Part shown: positions 43,213 to 52,742 of the stretch, piece by piece | Numbering within the stretch: the first letter of the stretch is position 1 | Layout: each line of letters begins with the position of its first letter | Assembly (NCBI GenBank): GCA_900317855.1 | Contig: ONIG01000006.1 | Location: 3,918-67,917, forward strand | Length of the DNA stretch: 64,000 bases | Direction of reading: 5' to 3' | Source: an uncultured Eubacteriales bacterium | Lineage (GTDB): Bacteria; Bacillota; Clostridia; Oscillospirales; Oscillospiraceae | The notes under the pieces: model-generated | Databases searched by the model: none | Told to the model about the DNA's origin: nothing | The model's input: the letters and a program-made list of their open reading frames with translations, nothing else | Made by a program: the position numbers and the translations under genes

Positions 43213-45567
43213 ATGGCGAATGAAACTTCCGGGCGCCGGGACAACCGCGTGCCTTTTCGTGCAAGTACCAAAACACCGAATATCATGATGCTCCGCCGCA
43301 CACGCTTCCTTTTGATTGTGTGCGGCATCCTTGCATTTGCTGTCCTTGGCATCAAGCTGTTCAATGTCATGATCGTACACCATGAGGAGTACGAAAAAAT
43401 GGCGATCGACCAGCAGGTACGCGAGACGGAGATCACGGCCTCGCGCGGCGCGATCTATGACACGAACGGCAAGATCCTGGCCATGAACGCCTCGGTCGAT
43501 ACGATCTTCATCAGTCCGGCCGAGATCGCCAATAACAAGGAGGACCCGCAGCTGATCGCGCGCGAACTTTCCGAGATTCTCGACGTCGATTATAACAAGA
43601 TCCTGGCCATGACGAAAAATACCGACCGCTGGTATGAGGTCGTCAAGCGCAAGGTCGAGCCGGACGTGTCGGAAAAGGTGCGGGCGTTCAAGAAGGACAA
43701 CAATCTCACCGGCGTGAAGATCGAGCCGGACACGAAGCGCTACTATCCTTACGGCAATCTGGCCGCGCACGTCATCGGCTTCGTCGGGCAGGACAATAAG
43801 GGACTCTACGGTCTCGAGCAGCGCTATGACAGCTACCTGACCGGCAGCGCCGGCCGCATCATCCGCGCGACGGATAACCGCGGCACGGATATGCTCTTTG
43901 TCAACTACGAGGATTACTACGACGAGACGAAGGGCAACGACATGAACCTGACCATCGACGCGACCATTCAGTATTACCTCGAAAAGCACCTGCAGCAGGC
44001 GGTCGAGGATTACGACGTGCAAAACGGCGCGGCGGCCATCGCCATGGACCCCAACAGCGGTGCCATCCTCGGCATGGTCTCGCTCGGCAACTTTGACCTG
44101 AACAATTATCAGAAGGTCAGCGACAAGGATCAGGAGGCCATCGACGCCGAGACCGACCCCGACAAAAAGGCCGAAATGCTCACTGCCGCGCAGACGAAGC
44201 AGTGGCGCAACAAGGCCCTGTCGGACACTTACGAGCCAGGCTCCACGTTCAAGATCATCACGCTGGCCATGGCGCTCGAAGAGGGCGTGGTCAATGAGAA
44301 TTCGTCGTTTTACTGCGGCGGCAGCACGAACGTGCTCGGCCGTACCGATCCCCTCAAGTGCTGGAAGACGACCGGCCACGGCAGCCAGAACCTCACGCAG
44401 GCCATTCAGCACTCGTGCAACGTGGCGCTCGTGCAGATCGGCCAGCTCGTCGGCGCGCGCACATTCTACAAGTACGCCGAGGCGTTCGGTTTCCTGAACC
44501 TGACCAATAACGTGGACAGCAACCTCACGGCCAAGACCGGCATCGACATGTCCGGCGAGAGCGGCAGCATCTGGTGGAGCCAGAACACGTTCTACGACCC
44601 GGAGAACCTCTCCCAGCTCGCGGCGGCCTCCTTCGGCCAGACGTTTACGATCACGCCGCTGCAGCTCATCACGGCTGTCAGCGCCTGCGTCAACGGCGGC
44701 TATCTCATGAAGCCGTATGTCGTCAAGAGCGTCGTCAACAGCGACGGGGAAGCGGTCGTGTCCAATTCGCCGACCGTGGTGCGCCAGGTCGTGAGCGAGC
44801 AGACGAGCGCCACCGTGCGTCAGATCCTGGAGCAGGTCGTCGGCGACCCCGTCGACGGCACCGGCAAGAACGCCTACGTTGCCGGCTACCGCATCGGCGG
44901 CAAGACGGGCACGTCGGAAAAGGTCGCGCAGGACGCGGCCGGCGGCGCGAAGGAGTACATCGTCTCGTTCATCGGCTTCGCTCCGGCGGACGACCCACAG
45001 ATCGTCATCCTCGTGCTGCTCGACACGCCGAGCAACAGCACCGGCATCTACATCAGCGGCGGCCAGATGGCCGCGCCCACCGTCGGCAAAATGATGGCGG
45101 ACATCCTGCCGTATCTCGGCGTGGAGCCGTCGTACTCCGAGACGGAAAAGACGCACATGGATAAGACCGTGCCGAACGTGACCGGCCTGTCCGTCGAGCA
45201 GGCGAAGGCCGCGCTCGCGGAGCTCGGCCTGCAGGCGCGCGTCTACGGCGACGGCGACAAGATCACGGCGCAGCTGCCGGGCAGCGGCGCGGTCGTGGCC
45301 AACGGCAGCACCATCCTGCTCTATGCCGGAAAGGAGCCCTCGGGCGACAAGGAGACCATGCCCTACCTGACCAACCTGAGTTACGAAACGGCCCGCGACC
45401 GCATGGCCGCGCTGGGCCTGTATATCAAGACCAACAGCTCCATCACGGACACTGCCTCCCAGAAGATCTCCGGGCAGGCCGTGGCCGCCGGGACCGAGCT
45501 CGATCACGGCACGGTCGTGGAGGTCACGCTCGTGACGACCGATTCGGGCATGTTGGGACGATACTGA
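43213..45567 (+). CDS. Class B penicillin-binding protein of the dcw cluster (FtsI/PBP2B/SpoVD type) with two C-terminal PASTA domains
   Basis: Motifs STFK, SCN and KTGT. PBP dimerisation domain. PASTA repeats begin VPNVTGLSVEQAK and MPYLTNLSYETAR. Confidence 0.9.
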   Translation: MANETSGRRDNRVPFRASTKTPNIMMLRRTRFLLIVCGILAFAVLGIKLFNVMIVHHEEYEKMAIDQQVRETEITASRGAIYDTNGKILAMNASVDTIFISPAEIANNKEDPQLIARELSEILDVDYNKILAMTKNTDRWYEVVKRKVEPDVSEKVRAFKKDNNLTGVKIEPDTKRYYPYGNLAAHVIGFVGQDNKGLYGLEQRYDSYLTGSAGRIIRATDNRGTDMLFVNYEDYYDETKGNDMNLTIDATIQYYLEKHLQQAVEDYDVQNGAAAIAMDPNSGAILGMVSLGNFDLNNYQKVSDKDQEAIDAETDPDKKAEMLTAAQTKQWRNKALSDTYEPGSTFKIITLAMALEEGVVNENSSFYCGGSTNVLGRTDPLKCWKTTGHGSQNLTQAIQHSCNVALVQIGQLVGARTFYKYAEAFGFLNLTNNVDSNLTAKTGIDMSGESGSIWWSQNTFYDPENLSQLAAASFGQTFTITPLQLITAVSACVNGGYLMKPYVVKSVVNSDGEAVVSNSPTVVRQVVSEQTSATVRQILEQVVGDPVDGTGKNAYVAGYRIGGKTGTSEKVAQDAAGGAKEYIVSFIGFAPADDPQIVILVLLDTPSNSTGIYISGGQMAAPTVGKMMADILPYLGVEPSYSETEKTHMDKTVPNVTGLSVEQAKAALAELGLQARVYGDGDKITAQLPGSGAVVANGSTILLYAGKEPSGDKETMPYLTNLSYETARDRMAALGLYIKTNSSITDTASQKISGQAVAAGTELDHGTVVEVTLVTTDSGMLGRY

Positions 45568-45587
45568 CGAACAACGGAGGTACCTTT

Positions 45588-47045
45588 ATGAAACTCAAGC
45601 GACTGCTGTCCGTTCTGGACGTGTGCGAATGCACCGCCGATCCGGAGCTGGACATCCGGGACATCAGCTTCGACTCGCGCACCACGCAGCCCGGCGACCT
45701 GTTTGCCGCCGTCTGCGGGTATGAGTCCGACGGGCACCGGTTCATCGGCGCAGCCGTCGAGCGCGGTGCGGCCGTCGTGCTCTGCCAGAAGCAGCCGGAG
45801 GTCGATATACCGTATATCCTCGTGGCCGACAGCCGCCTTGCGCTCTCGCGCATCTGCTGCGAATTTTTCGATAACCCGTCGCGAGAGCTGACCATGATCG
45901 GCGTGACCGGCACGAACGGCAAGACCACCGTCACCACGCTCATCAAGCACATGCTTGAGCAGTGCCTGCACACGAAGGTCGGTCTCATCGGCACGAACGC
46001 GAACGTCATCGGCGACGAGGTGCTGCACACCGAGCACACCACGCCCGACGCCTATGAGCTGCAAAAGCTCCTGCGCCGGATGGCCGACGCCGGCTGCACG
46101 CACGCGGTCATGGAGGTGTCGTCCCACTCGCTGGTGCTGCACCGCGTGGAGGGCATCCAATTTCAGGTGGGCATCTTCACGAACCTGACGCAGGACCATC
46201 TGGACTTCCACAAGACCATGGAGGCCTACGCCGAGGCCAAGGCGCTGCTGTTCGCGCAGAGCGATGTCGGCATCGTCAATGCCGACGACGATTGGGCGCA
46301 CGTCATGCTCGAGCACGCCAAGTGCCCGATGCATACGTACTCTGCCAAGCGCAACGACGCCGACCTCGTGGCCAAGGACATCCGCCTGAGCGCGTCGGGC
46401 GTGCGCTTCGTCGCCATGCGCGGCGATGCGCTCGCGCGCATGCGCCTCGGCATTCCCGGCATGTTCTCGGTTTATAATGCGCTGAGCGTCATTGCCTGCG
46501 CCTGCGCGCTCGGCATATCGCTGGACGACTGCGCCGCCGCGCTCGATACGGCAAAGCCCGTCAAGGGCCGCGCCGAGGTGCTCGAGACCGACGGGGATTA
46601 CACCATTCTCATCGACTACGCCGTCACGCCCGACGCCATCGACAACATCCTCACGACGGTGCGCGAGTTTGCGCCCGCGCGGCTCGTGTTCCTCTTTGGC
46701 TGCGGCGGCGACCGCGACCGCGGCAAGCGCCCGAAGATGGGCCGCATCGCGGGCCAGAAGGCGGACTTTGTCATCGTCACGAGCGACAACCCGCGCGCGG
46801 AGGACCCGGAGGCGATCATCGCCGACATTCTCCCCGGCCTCAAGGAGACGCGCACGCCCTACGTCGTGCGGCCCGACCGGCGCGAGGCCATCGCCTACGC
46901 GATCGAGAACCACTGCCCCGGCGATGTCATCATCCTCTGCGGCAAGGGCCATGAGGATTACCAGATCATCGGCAAGACGAAAGTGCATATGGACGAGCGC
47001 GAGATCGTCGCCGAAATACTCGAGAAGAGGAAGAGAGAGAAATGA
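45588..47045 (+). CDS. murE: UDP-N-acetylmuramoyl-L-alanyl-D-glutamate--2,6-diaminopimelate ligase
   Basis: GVTGTNGKTT, and DNPR in SDNPRAEDP (a meso-DAP-type determinant). Confidence 0.95.
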   Translation: MKLKRLLSVLDVCECTADPELDIRDISFDSRTTQPGDLFAAVCGYESDGHRFIGAAVERGAAVVLCQKQPEVDIPYILVADSRLALSRICCEFFDNPSRELTMIGVTGTNGKTTVTTLIKHMLEQCLHTKVGLIGTNANVIGDEVLHTEHTTPDAYELQKLLRRMADAGCTHAVMEVSSHSLVLHRVEGIQFQVGIFTNLTQDHLDFHKTMEAYAEAKALLFAQSDVGIVNADDDWAHVMLEHAKCPMHTYSAKRNDADLVAKDIRLSASGVRFVAMRGDALARMRLGIPGMFSVYNALSVIACACALGISLDDCAAALDTAKPVKGRAEVLETDGDYTILIDYAVTPDAIDNILTTVREFAPARLVFLFGCGGDRDRGKRPKMGRIAGQKADFVIVTSDNPRAEDPEAIIADILPGLKETRTPYVVRPDRREAIAYAIENHCPGDVIILCGKGHEDYQIIGKTKVHMDEREIVAEILEKRKREK

Positions 47046-48058
47046 CACTGAAGCTGATACTGGCGTTCGTCATCGCGTTTGCGGTGTCGGCCGTCGTCGG
47101 ATTTTTCCTGGTCCCGTATCTCAAACGCATCAAGGCGGGCCAGAGCATCAAGGAAAACGGCCCCGCGTGGCACATGTCCAAGCAGGGCACGCCCACCATG
47201 GGCGGGCTGATGTTTATTGCCGCGATCACGGTCGTGTGCCTGTCGGTCGGCTTTGAGTGCATGGCCGAGGGCGAATATGGCCACCTGTTTTGTCTGGCGT
47301 TCGCGCTCGTGTTCGGCGCGATCGGCTTTCTGGACGACTATGAAAAGCTCAAGAAAAAGCAGAATCTCGGCCTGACGGCCGGCAAAAAAATGCTGCTGCA
47401 GCTGGCGGCGGCCGTGGCGTTCATTTTCCTCATGCGCCGCTTCGGCTATGTCGCGCTCGACAGCCTGTACATCCCGTTCTGGAACAAGACGGTGGCGATC
47501 TCCGAGCCGCTGTATGTGATCTTTGCGGCCTTCGTCATCGTCGGCACGGTCAACTCCGTGAACCTCACCGACGGTGTGGACGGCCTCGCCGCGAGCACGA
47601 CGATGCCGGTGTGCATCTTCTTCGCCGTCATCTCCATCCTCTGGGGCGAGCGGTTTTTGTCCCTCGGTGTGTTCGCCTCCGGCATTGCCGGCGGCCTGCT
47701 GGGCTTTTTGATCTATAATTTCCACCCGGCGAAGGTGTTCATGGGCGACACGGGTTCGCTCTTTCTCGGCGGCGCGGTCGCGGCGCTGGCCTTTGCCTAC
47801 GATATGCCGCTCATCCTCGTGACGCTCGGCATCATGTACATCATCGAGGCCCTGTCGGACATCATCCAGGTCGGCTATTTCAAGCTCACGCACGGCAAGC
47901 GCGTGTTCAAGATGTCCCCGTTCCACCACCATCTCGAGATGGGCGGCTGGACGGGCCACAAGTGGAAAGAAACGCAGATCGTGGCGCTGTTTGCCGGCGT
48001 GACGGTGCTGTTTGCAGTTTTGTCGTTCATCGGCGTGTTCCACCGCTTCGGCGTGTGA
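47042..48058 (+). CDS. mraY: Phospho-N-acetylmuramoyl-pentapeptide transferase
   Basis: ATGA overlap with murE. Motifs K.GTPTMGG, NL.DGVDGLA and FMGDTGSL. Confidence 0.95.
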   Translation: MTLKLILAFVIAFAVSAVVGFFLVPYLKRIKAGQSIKENGPAWHMSKQGTPTMGGLMFIAAITVVCLSVGFECMAEGEYGHLFCLAFALVFGAIGFLDDYEKLKKKQNLGLTAGKKMLLQLAAAVAFIFLMRRFGYVALDSLYIPFWNKTVAISEPLYVIFAAFVIVGTVNSVNLTDGVDGLAASTTMPVCIFFAVISILWGERFLSLGVFASGIAGGLLGFLIYNFHPAKVFMGDTGSLFLGGAVAALAFAYDMPLILVTLGIMYIIEALSDIIQVGYFKLTHGKRVFKMSPFHHHLEMGGWTGHKWKETQIVALFAGVTVLFAVLSFIGVFHRFGV

Positions 48059-48089
48059 TGCATGCGCCGCGGTGCAGGGAGGTGCTTGC

Positions 48090-49250
48090 ATGAATATTTC
48101 CGATCTGAGACTTCCCGCGCGTCGCTCGGGCGCGGCCGCCGGGCCGCAGCGCGGCAGCTTCGACCTGCCGTTTTTCGTACTCACGCTGCTGCTGCTGACG
48201 ATCGGCGTCATCATGGTGCTCTCGTCGAGCTTTGCCCGCGCCTATGCGCAGGGCAAGTCGCCGACGTACTACTTCGTCCGCCAGGCGGCCTTCGCCGTGG
48301 CCGGCGTGGTGGTCATGATCTTTCTGTCCAAGGTGCGCATGGCGACCTACCGCCGCCTGTCGCTGCTGGTGCTGGGCGTGAGCATCTTCCTGCTTGCCGT
48401 CGTCTGGATCCCGCACATCGGCACTCGCGTCAACGGTGCGCGCCGGTGGCTGAGTCTCGGCTTTACGACATTTCAGCCTTCGGAGATCGCGAAGATCGCG
48501 GTCGTGCTGTTTTTCTCCAGCATGATCTGTACCTATAAAGAGCAGATGCAGACATTCCGCTACGGCGTCGTGCCGTTCATGGTCGTCACGGTCATCATTG
48601 TCGGCCTGCTGATGCTCGAGCCGCATCTGTCGGCGTCCATCATCATCATGGCGCTTGCGATCGTGATGATGTTTGTCGGCGGCATCAAGCTTTCGTACCT
48701 GCTCGTCGGCATGGGCAGCGCGGGCGCGCTGCTGCTTTTCGCGAGCAAGTTCGTGCCCTATGTGCATAAGCGCATTGTGTCCTGGCGCGACCCGTTTGCC
48801 GATACGAGCGCTGCCGGCTATCAGATCGTGCAGTCGCTGTATTCCATCGGATCGGGCGGCTTCCTCGGCCTCGGCCTCGGCCAGAGCCGGCAGAAGTACC
48901 TCTATCTGCCCGAGGAACACAATGACTACATCTTTTCCATCGTCTGTGAGGAGCTCGGCTATGTCGGCGCCATTGCGATCCTGATCCTGTTTGCGCTGCT
49001 CATCTGCCGCGGCTACTGGATCGCCGCGCACTCGCCCGACCGCTACAGCTTCCTCGTCGGCGTCGGCATCACGACGCTGCTGTCGATCCAGGTGTTTTTG
49101 AACATCGCGGTCGTCACGAACCTCATCCCCTGCACGGGCATCTCGCTGCCGTTTTTCAGCTACGGCGGCACGGCGCTGCTCATGCAGCTCGGGGAGATGG
49201 GCATCATCCTGAGCATCTCGCGCGACATTCCAACGAAAAAAGCGCGCTAG
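48090..49250 (+). CDS. ftsW: SEDS protein FtsW/SpoVE of the dcw cluster
   Basis: ATG 48090 after GGGAGG. Motifs FQPSEIAK and LPFFSYGG. Confidence 0.9.
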   Translation: MNISDLRLPARRSGAAAGPQRGSFDLPFFVLTLLLLTIGVIMVLSSSFARAYAQGKSPTYYFVRQAAFAVAGVVVMIFLSKVRMATYRRLSLLVLGVSIFLLAVVWIPHIGTRVNGARRWLSLGFTTFQPSEIAKIAVVLFFSSMICTYKEQMQTFRYGVVPFMVVTVIIVGLLMLEPHLSASIIIMALAIVMMFVGGIKLSYLLVGMGSAGALLLFASKFVPYVHKRIVSWRDPFADTSAAGYQIVQSLYSIGSGGFLGLGLGQSRQKYLYLPEEHNDYIFSIVCEELGYVGAIAILILFALLICRGYWIAAHSPDRYSFLVGVGITTLLSIQVFLNIAVVTNLIPCTGISLPFFSYGGTALLMQLGEMGIILSISRDIPTKKAR

Positions 49251-49341
49251 CACCTGATTTTGTAAAGCATATCCGGCAGCCCGCGGCGGCCTTCGGCGCG
49301 GACTGCCCGATTTCCGTGTTTTGATCCTGGGAGGCATTGCT

Positions 49342-50478
49342 ATGAACTTTCTCTTTACCTGCGGCGGCACCGCAGGTCACATCAACCCCGCGCTCGCGGT
49401 CGCGGGCGTCCTGCGCGACCGGATGCCCGACTGCGGCATCCTCTTTGTCGGCGCCAACGGCAAGATGGAGACCGACCTTGTCCCGCGCGCAGGCTACGAC
49501 ATCGTGACCGTGGAGGTCACGAACATCCACCGCAGCCTCAAGCCGGCGGAGATCGCGTACAACTTCCGCTCGCTGCACAACGCGCGGCAGGCGACGAAGG
49601 ACGCGCGCAAGATCATCGAGGACTTCCAGCCCGACGTCGTCATCGGCACCGGCGGCTATGTCTGCTACCCCGTGCTCAAGGCGGCGGCGCAGCTCGGCAT
49701 CCCGACCATTGTGCATGAGTCCAACGCCGTGCCCGGCCTGACGACGAAGATGCTCGTCGGCGCGGTCGACCGCATCCTCGTCGGCTTCGAGGAAAGCAAG
49801 CAGCACTACAGCGAGAAGGAAAAGGTCGTCGTCACCGGCACACCGGTGCGCGGCGCGTTCACGGCCTGCTCCAAGGCGGAGGCCAAGCGCCAGCTCGGGC
49901 TCGACCCGGACAAGCCGCTGGTGGTGTCGGTCTGGGGCTCGCTCGGCGCGTCGTACATGAACGAGGTCATGACGGCGTTCATCACGCGCGCCGCCGTCAT
50001 GGATGCGCCGTTCGCGCTCATCCATTCGGCCGGGCGCAACGGCTATGAGAAGATGCACACGGCCCTGCTCGAAAAGTGCCCGGCCGATCTCGCCGCGCAC
50101 GGCATGGACGTGCGGCCGTATATTTACAACATGCCGCTCGTAATGGATGCGGCCGATCTCGTGCTCTGCCGCGCGGGTGCGTCCACGCTCGCGGAGCTCA
50201 CGTGCATCGGCAAGCCCGCGGTGCTCATTCCGTCGCCGAATGTCACGAACAACCACCAGGAGCGCAACGCGCGCGTGCTTGAGCACGCCGGCGGGGCCAA
50301 GGTGCTGCTCGAGGGTGCGTTCACGGCGGACGATCTGTATAACCTCGTCAGCGACCTGCTCGCCGATCCCGCGCAGCTTGCGCAGATGGCGGAGAATATG
50401 CGCGCCGCCGGCGTTGCTGACGCTGCCGAGCGCATTGCTGATCTGGTGCTGAAGCTGGCCGACCGGCACGGAAAATGA
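49342..50478 (+). CDS. murG: UDP-N-acetylglucosamine--N-acetylmuramyl-(pentapeptide) pyrophosphoryl-undecaprenol GlcNAc transferase
   Basis: Start MNFLFTCGGTAGHINPALAV after GGGAGG. Full-length MurG similarity. Confidence 0.95.
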   Translation: MNFLFTCGGTAGHINPALAVAGVLRDRMPDCGILFVGANGKMETDLVPRAGYDIVTVEVTNIHRSLKPAEIAYNFRSLHNARQATKDARKIIEDFQPDVVIGTGGYVCYPVLKAAAQLGIPTIVHESNAVPGLTTKMLVGAVDRILVGFEESKQHYSEKEKVVVTGTPVRGAFTACSKAEAKRQLGLDPDKPLVVSVWGSLGASYMNEVMTAFITRAAVMDAPFALIHSAGRNGYEKMHTALLEKCPADLAAHGMDVRPYIYNMPLVMDAADLVLCRAGASTLAELTCIGKPAVLIPSPNVTNNHQERNARVLEHAGGAKVLLEGAFTADDLYNLVSDLLADPAQLAQMAENMRAAGVADAAERIADLVLKLADRHGK

Positions 50479-50534
50479 CAATCTCGCGTTTCTCTGCATA
50501 GGATGGCATGAATTTGCTGTGCGGAGGAAAGATT

Positions 50535-51794
50535 ATGAGCATATGGCACATTTACGGCGGAAACAGACTGACCGGGAGCACCCAGGTGCAGGGCGCCAAG
50601 AATGCGGTGCTGCCGATCATGGCGGCATCCGTGCTTGCCGGCAGTGAGACGGTTCTGCACAACGTGCCCGACCTGAAGGACGTGACGATCACGCTGCGCA
50701 TCCTGCGCCATCTCGGCTGCACGGCGGAGCGCGACGGGGACACAGTGCGCATCGATTCCCGCGACATGAACCGCAACTTTATCCCGCACGATCTCATGCG
50801 GGAGCTGCGCTCCTCGGTCATTTTTCTCGGCGCGATCCTCACGCGCTTCGGGACGGCGAGCCTGTCCATGCCGGGCGGGTGCGAGCTCGGCCCGCGGCCG
50901 GTGAACCTGCACCTCGACGCGCTGCGCGCGCTCGGTGCGGAGGTCACGGAGCGCGGCGGGGACATCGTCTGCAGTGCGCACGATCTGAAGGGGCGGCGCA
51001 TCCTGCTGCCGTTTCCGAGCGTCGGCGCGACGGAAAACGCCATGCTGGCCGCCTGCGCGGCGGCGGGGGAGACGGTCATCTGCAACGCTGCGCGCGAGCC
51101 GGAGATCCTTGACCTGCAGTGCTACCTGCGCAAGCTGGGCGCGCAGATCTCCGGCGCCGGCACATCGACGGTCACGGTCAGCGGCTTCCGGCCGCAGCCG
51201 TTTGTGGAGCACACGATCATGCCGGACCGCATCGTTGCGGCGACGATTTTGTGCGCCGGAGCCGCCTGCGGCGGCGATGTGGAGCTGCAGGGCGTCGACC
51301 CGGACCACTTTTTAACCGTTCTGGACTCGCTTTCAGAGGCGGGGTGTGCTATAATAAAAACGGCGTCCACCGTGCGCCTGACATCGACCGGGCGGCTCAC
51401 GGCGCCGCGGCCCGTCGTCACGCAGCCGTATCCGGGCTTTCCCACGGATGCGCAGCCGCCGCTCATGGCTGCCTGCCTGAAGGCGAAGGGCACCACGGTG
51501 TTCACCGAAAATATCTTTACCAACCGTTATCGTCATGCCGAGGAGTTCCGGCGCCTGGGCGCAGCCGTCAGCATCGAGGGCCGAGTGGCCTATGTCACCG
51601 GTGTCGACCGGCTCACCGGCGCGCCGCTCACGTCGAGCGACCTGCGCGGCGGCGCGGCCATGATCGTGGCCGGCCTCTCCGCCGAGGGTGAGACCGAGAT
51701 CCTCGACAACGGCTATATCAACCGCGGCTATGACCGCTTCGATGCGTGCCTGTCGGCGCTTGGCGCCGACGTGCGCTGCGTGGCGCCGCAGTGA
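50535..51794 (+). CDS. murA: UDP-N-acetylglucosamine 1-carboxyvinyltransferase
   Basis: Start MSIWHIYGG..L.G...VQGAKNAVLPIMAA after GGAGGA. PGGCELGPRPVNLH contains the catalytic Cys loop. Confidence 0.95.
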   Translation: MSIWHIYGGNRLTGSTQVQGAKNAVLPIMAASVLAGSETVLHNVPDLKDVTITLRILRHLGCTAERDGDTVRIDSRDMNRNFIPHDLMRELRSSVIFLGAILTRFGTASLSMPGGCELGPRPVNLHLDALRALGAEVTERGGDIVCSAHDLKGRRILLPFPSVGATENAMLAACAAAGETVICNAAREPEILDLQCYLRKLGAQISGAGTSTVTVSGFRPQPFVEHTIMPDRIVAATILCAGAACGGDVELQGVDPDHFLTVLDSLSEAGCAIIKTASTVRLTSTGRLTAPRPVVTQPYPGFPTDAQPPLMAACLKAKGTTVFTENIFTNRYRHAEEFRRLGAAVSIEGRVAYVTGVDRLTGAPLTSSDLRGGAAMIVAGLSAEGETEILDNGYINRGYDRFDACLSALGADVRCVAPQ

Positions 51795-51810
51795 AAGGAA
51801 TCACCAGCCT

Positions 51811-52590
51811 ATGAAACAATCGAAGCAGCCCGGGCCGCGCCGCGCGCGCCGGCCCCGCCGTCCGTCCGGCGGCCGGGGCAGGTCGCTGCTGCAGCCGCTG
51901 ATCTTTCTGCTGATCTGCGCGGCGCTCGTCCTGGGCATGAGCGTATTTTTCCGTGTTGCCAAGGTCGAGGTCGTGGGCAACTCCATCTACACGGCCGAGG
52001 AGGTCGTCGAGGCCTCCGGCATCGGCACGGGCGACAATCTGTTTTTCATCAACCGCTTCTCGGCGGCCAGCCGCATCTTCAGCAAGCTGCCGTATGTGGA
52101 CAAAGCGAAGGTCACGCGTGCGCTGCCCAACCGCGTTACCATCACGATCCAGGAGAGCAGCGCTATGGCCTATGTGCAGGCGGACGACGGCTACTGGGTC
52201 GTGGACCAGAACTGCAAGCTGCTCAAGTCCGTCACGGAGAGCGAGCTGACCGGTCTTGCCCGGGTCGACGGCATCACGCCGGTCGAGCCGAAGGTCGGCG
52301 AGGTGCTCAAGGCCGGCGAGGCCGACGCGCCGAAGGTCACGTACCTCGCGGCGATCCTCGGCCAGCTGCTCACGCGCGACATGGCGTCCAAGGTCACGGT
52401 CATCGACCTGTCGGATGCTTCCAACCCCGGCTTTACCTATGACGGGCGGTTCACGGTGCGCCTCGGCGCGAATGAAAATGTCGAGTACAAATTCGGCATG
52501 CTGCAAAGCGCGGTTTCCCAGCTCGCGGACAGCGACACCGGCACCATCGACCTGTCGATCGACAAACGCGCGCATTTCAGCCCCGGCTGA
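51811..52590 (+). CDS. ftsQ: Cell division protein FtsQ/DivIB (POTRA domain)
   Basis: Arg-rich N-terminus plus one TM helix. POTRA (VAKVEVVGNSIYTAEEV) and the FtsQ beta domain. dcw position. Confidence 0.8.
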   Translation: MKQSKQPGPRRARRPRRPSGGRGRSLLQPLIFLLICAALVLGMSVFFRVAKVEVVGNSIYTAEEVVEASGIGTGDNLFFINRFSAASRIFSKLPYVDKAKVTRALPNRVTITIQESSAMAYVQADDGYWVVDQNCKLLKSVTESELTGLARVDGITPVEPKVGEVLKAGEADAPKVTYLAAILGQLLTRDMASKVTVIDLSDASNPGFTYDGRFTVRLGANENVEYKFGMLQSAVSQLADSDTGTIDLSIDKRAHFSPG

Positions 52591-52607
52591 TTGTTCACAA
52601 AAAAAGA

Positions 52608-52636
52608 TTGACCTGATAAGGAAAACGATATAAAAT
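52608..52636 (+). promoter_or_regulatory. ftsZ-proximal sigma-A-type promoter
   Basis: TTGACC, 17 nt, TAAAAT. The -10 overlaps the in-frame upstream ATG 52635, which argues that ATG is not the ftsZ start. Confidence 0.5.
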
Positions 52637-52742
52637 GGGAAAGAATAAGAACAAACAGAAGCGAAAACCGCCAAAAAACGGCTTCCAGAGCGCGCCCGCG
52701 CCGGTTGCCGATACAAATAGAAACAACAGGGAGGAACCGAAT

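Noticed and set aside
43042-45507. An 821-aa minus-strand ORF antisense to the dcw PBP gene.
   Set aside because: It is a shadow ORF. The plus strand carries a PBP with the SxxK, SxN and KTG motifs and PASTA domains.
52635-52742. An in-frame upstream ATG that would add 36 residues (MGKNKNKQKRKPPKNG...) to FtsZ.
   Set aside because: It has no SD, and the ATG overlaps the -10 of a good promoter (52631..52636). ATG 52743 follows GGGAGGA, and FtsZ homology begins there.
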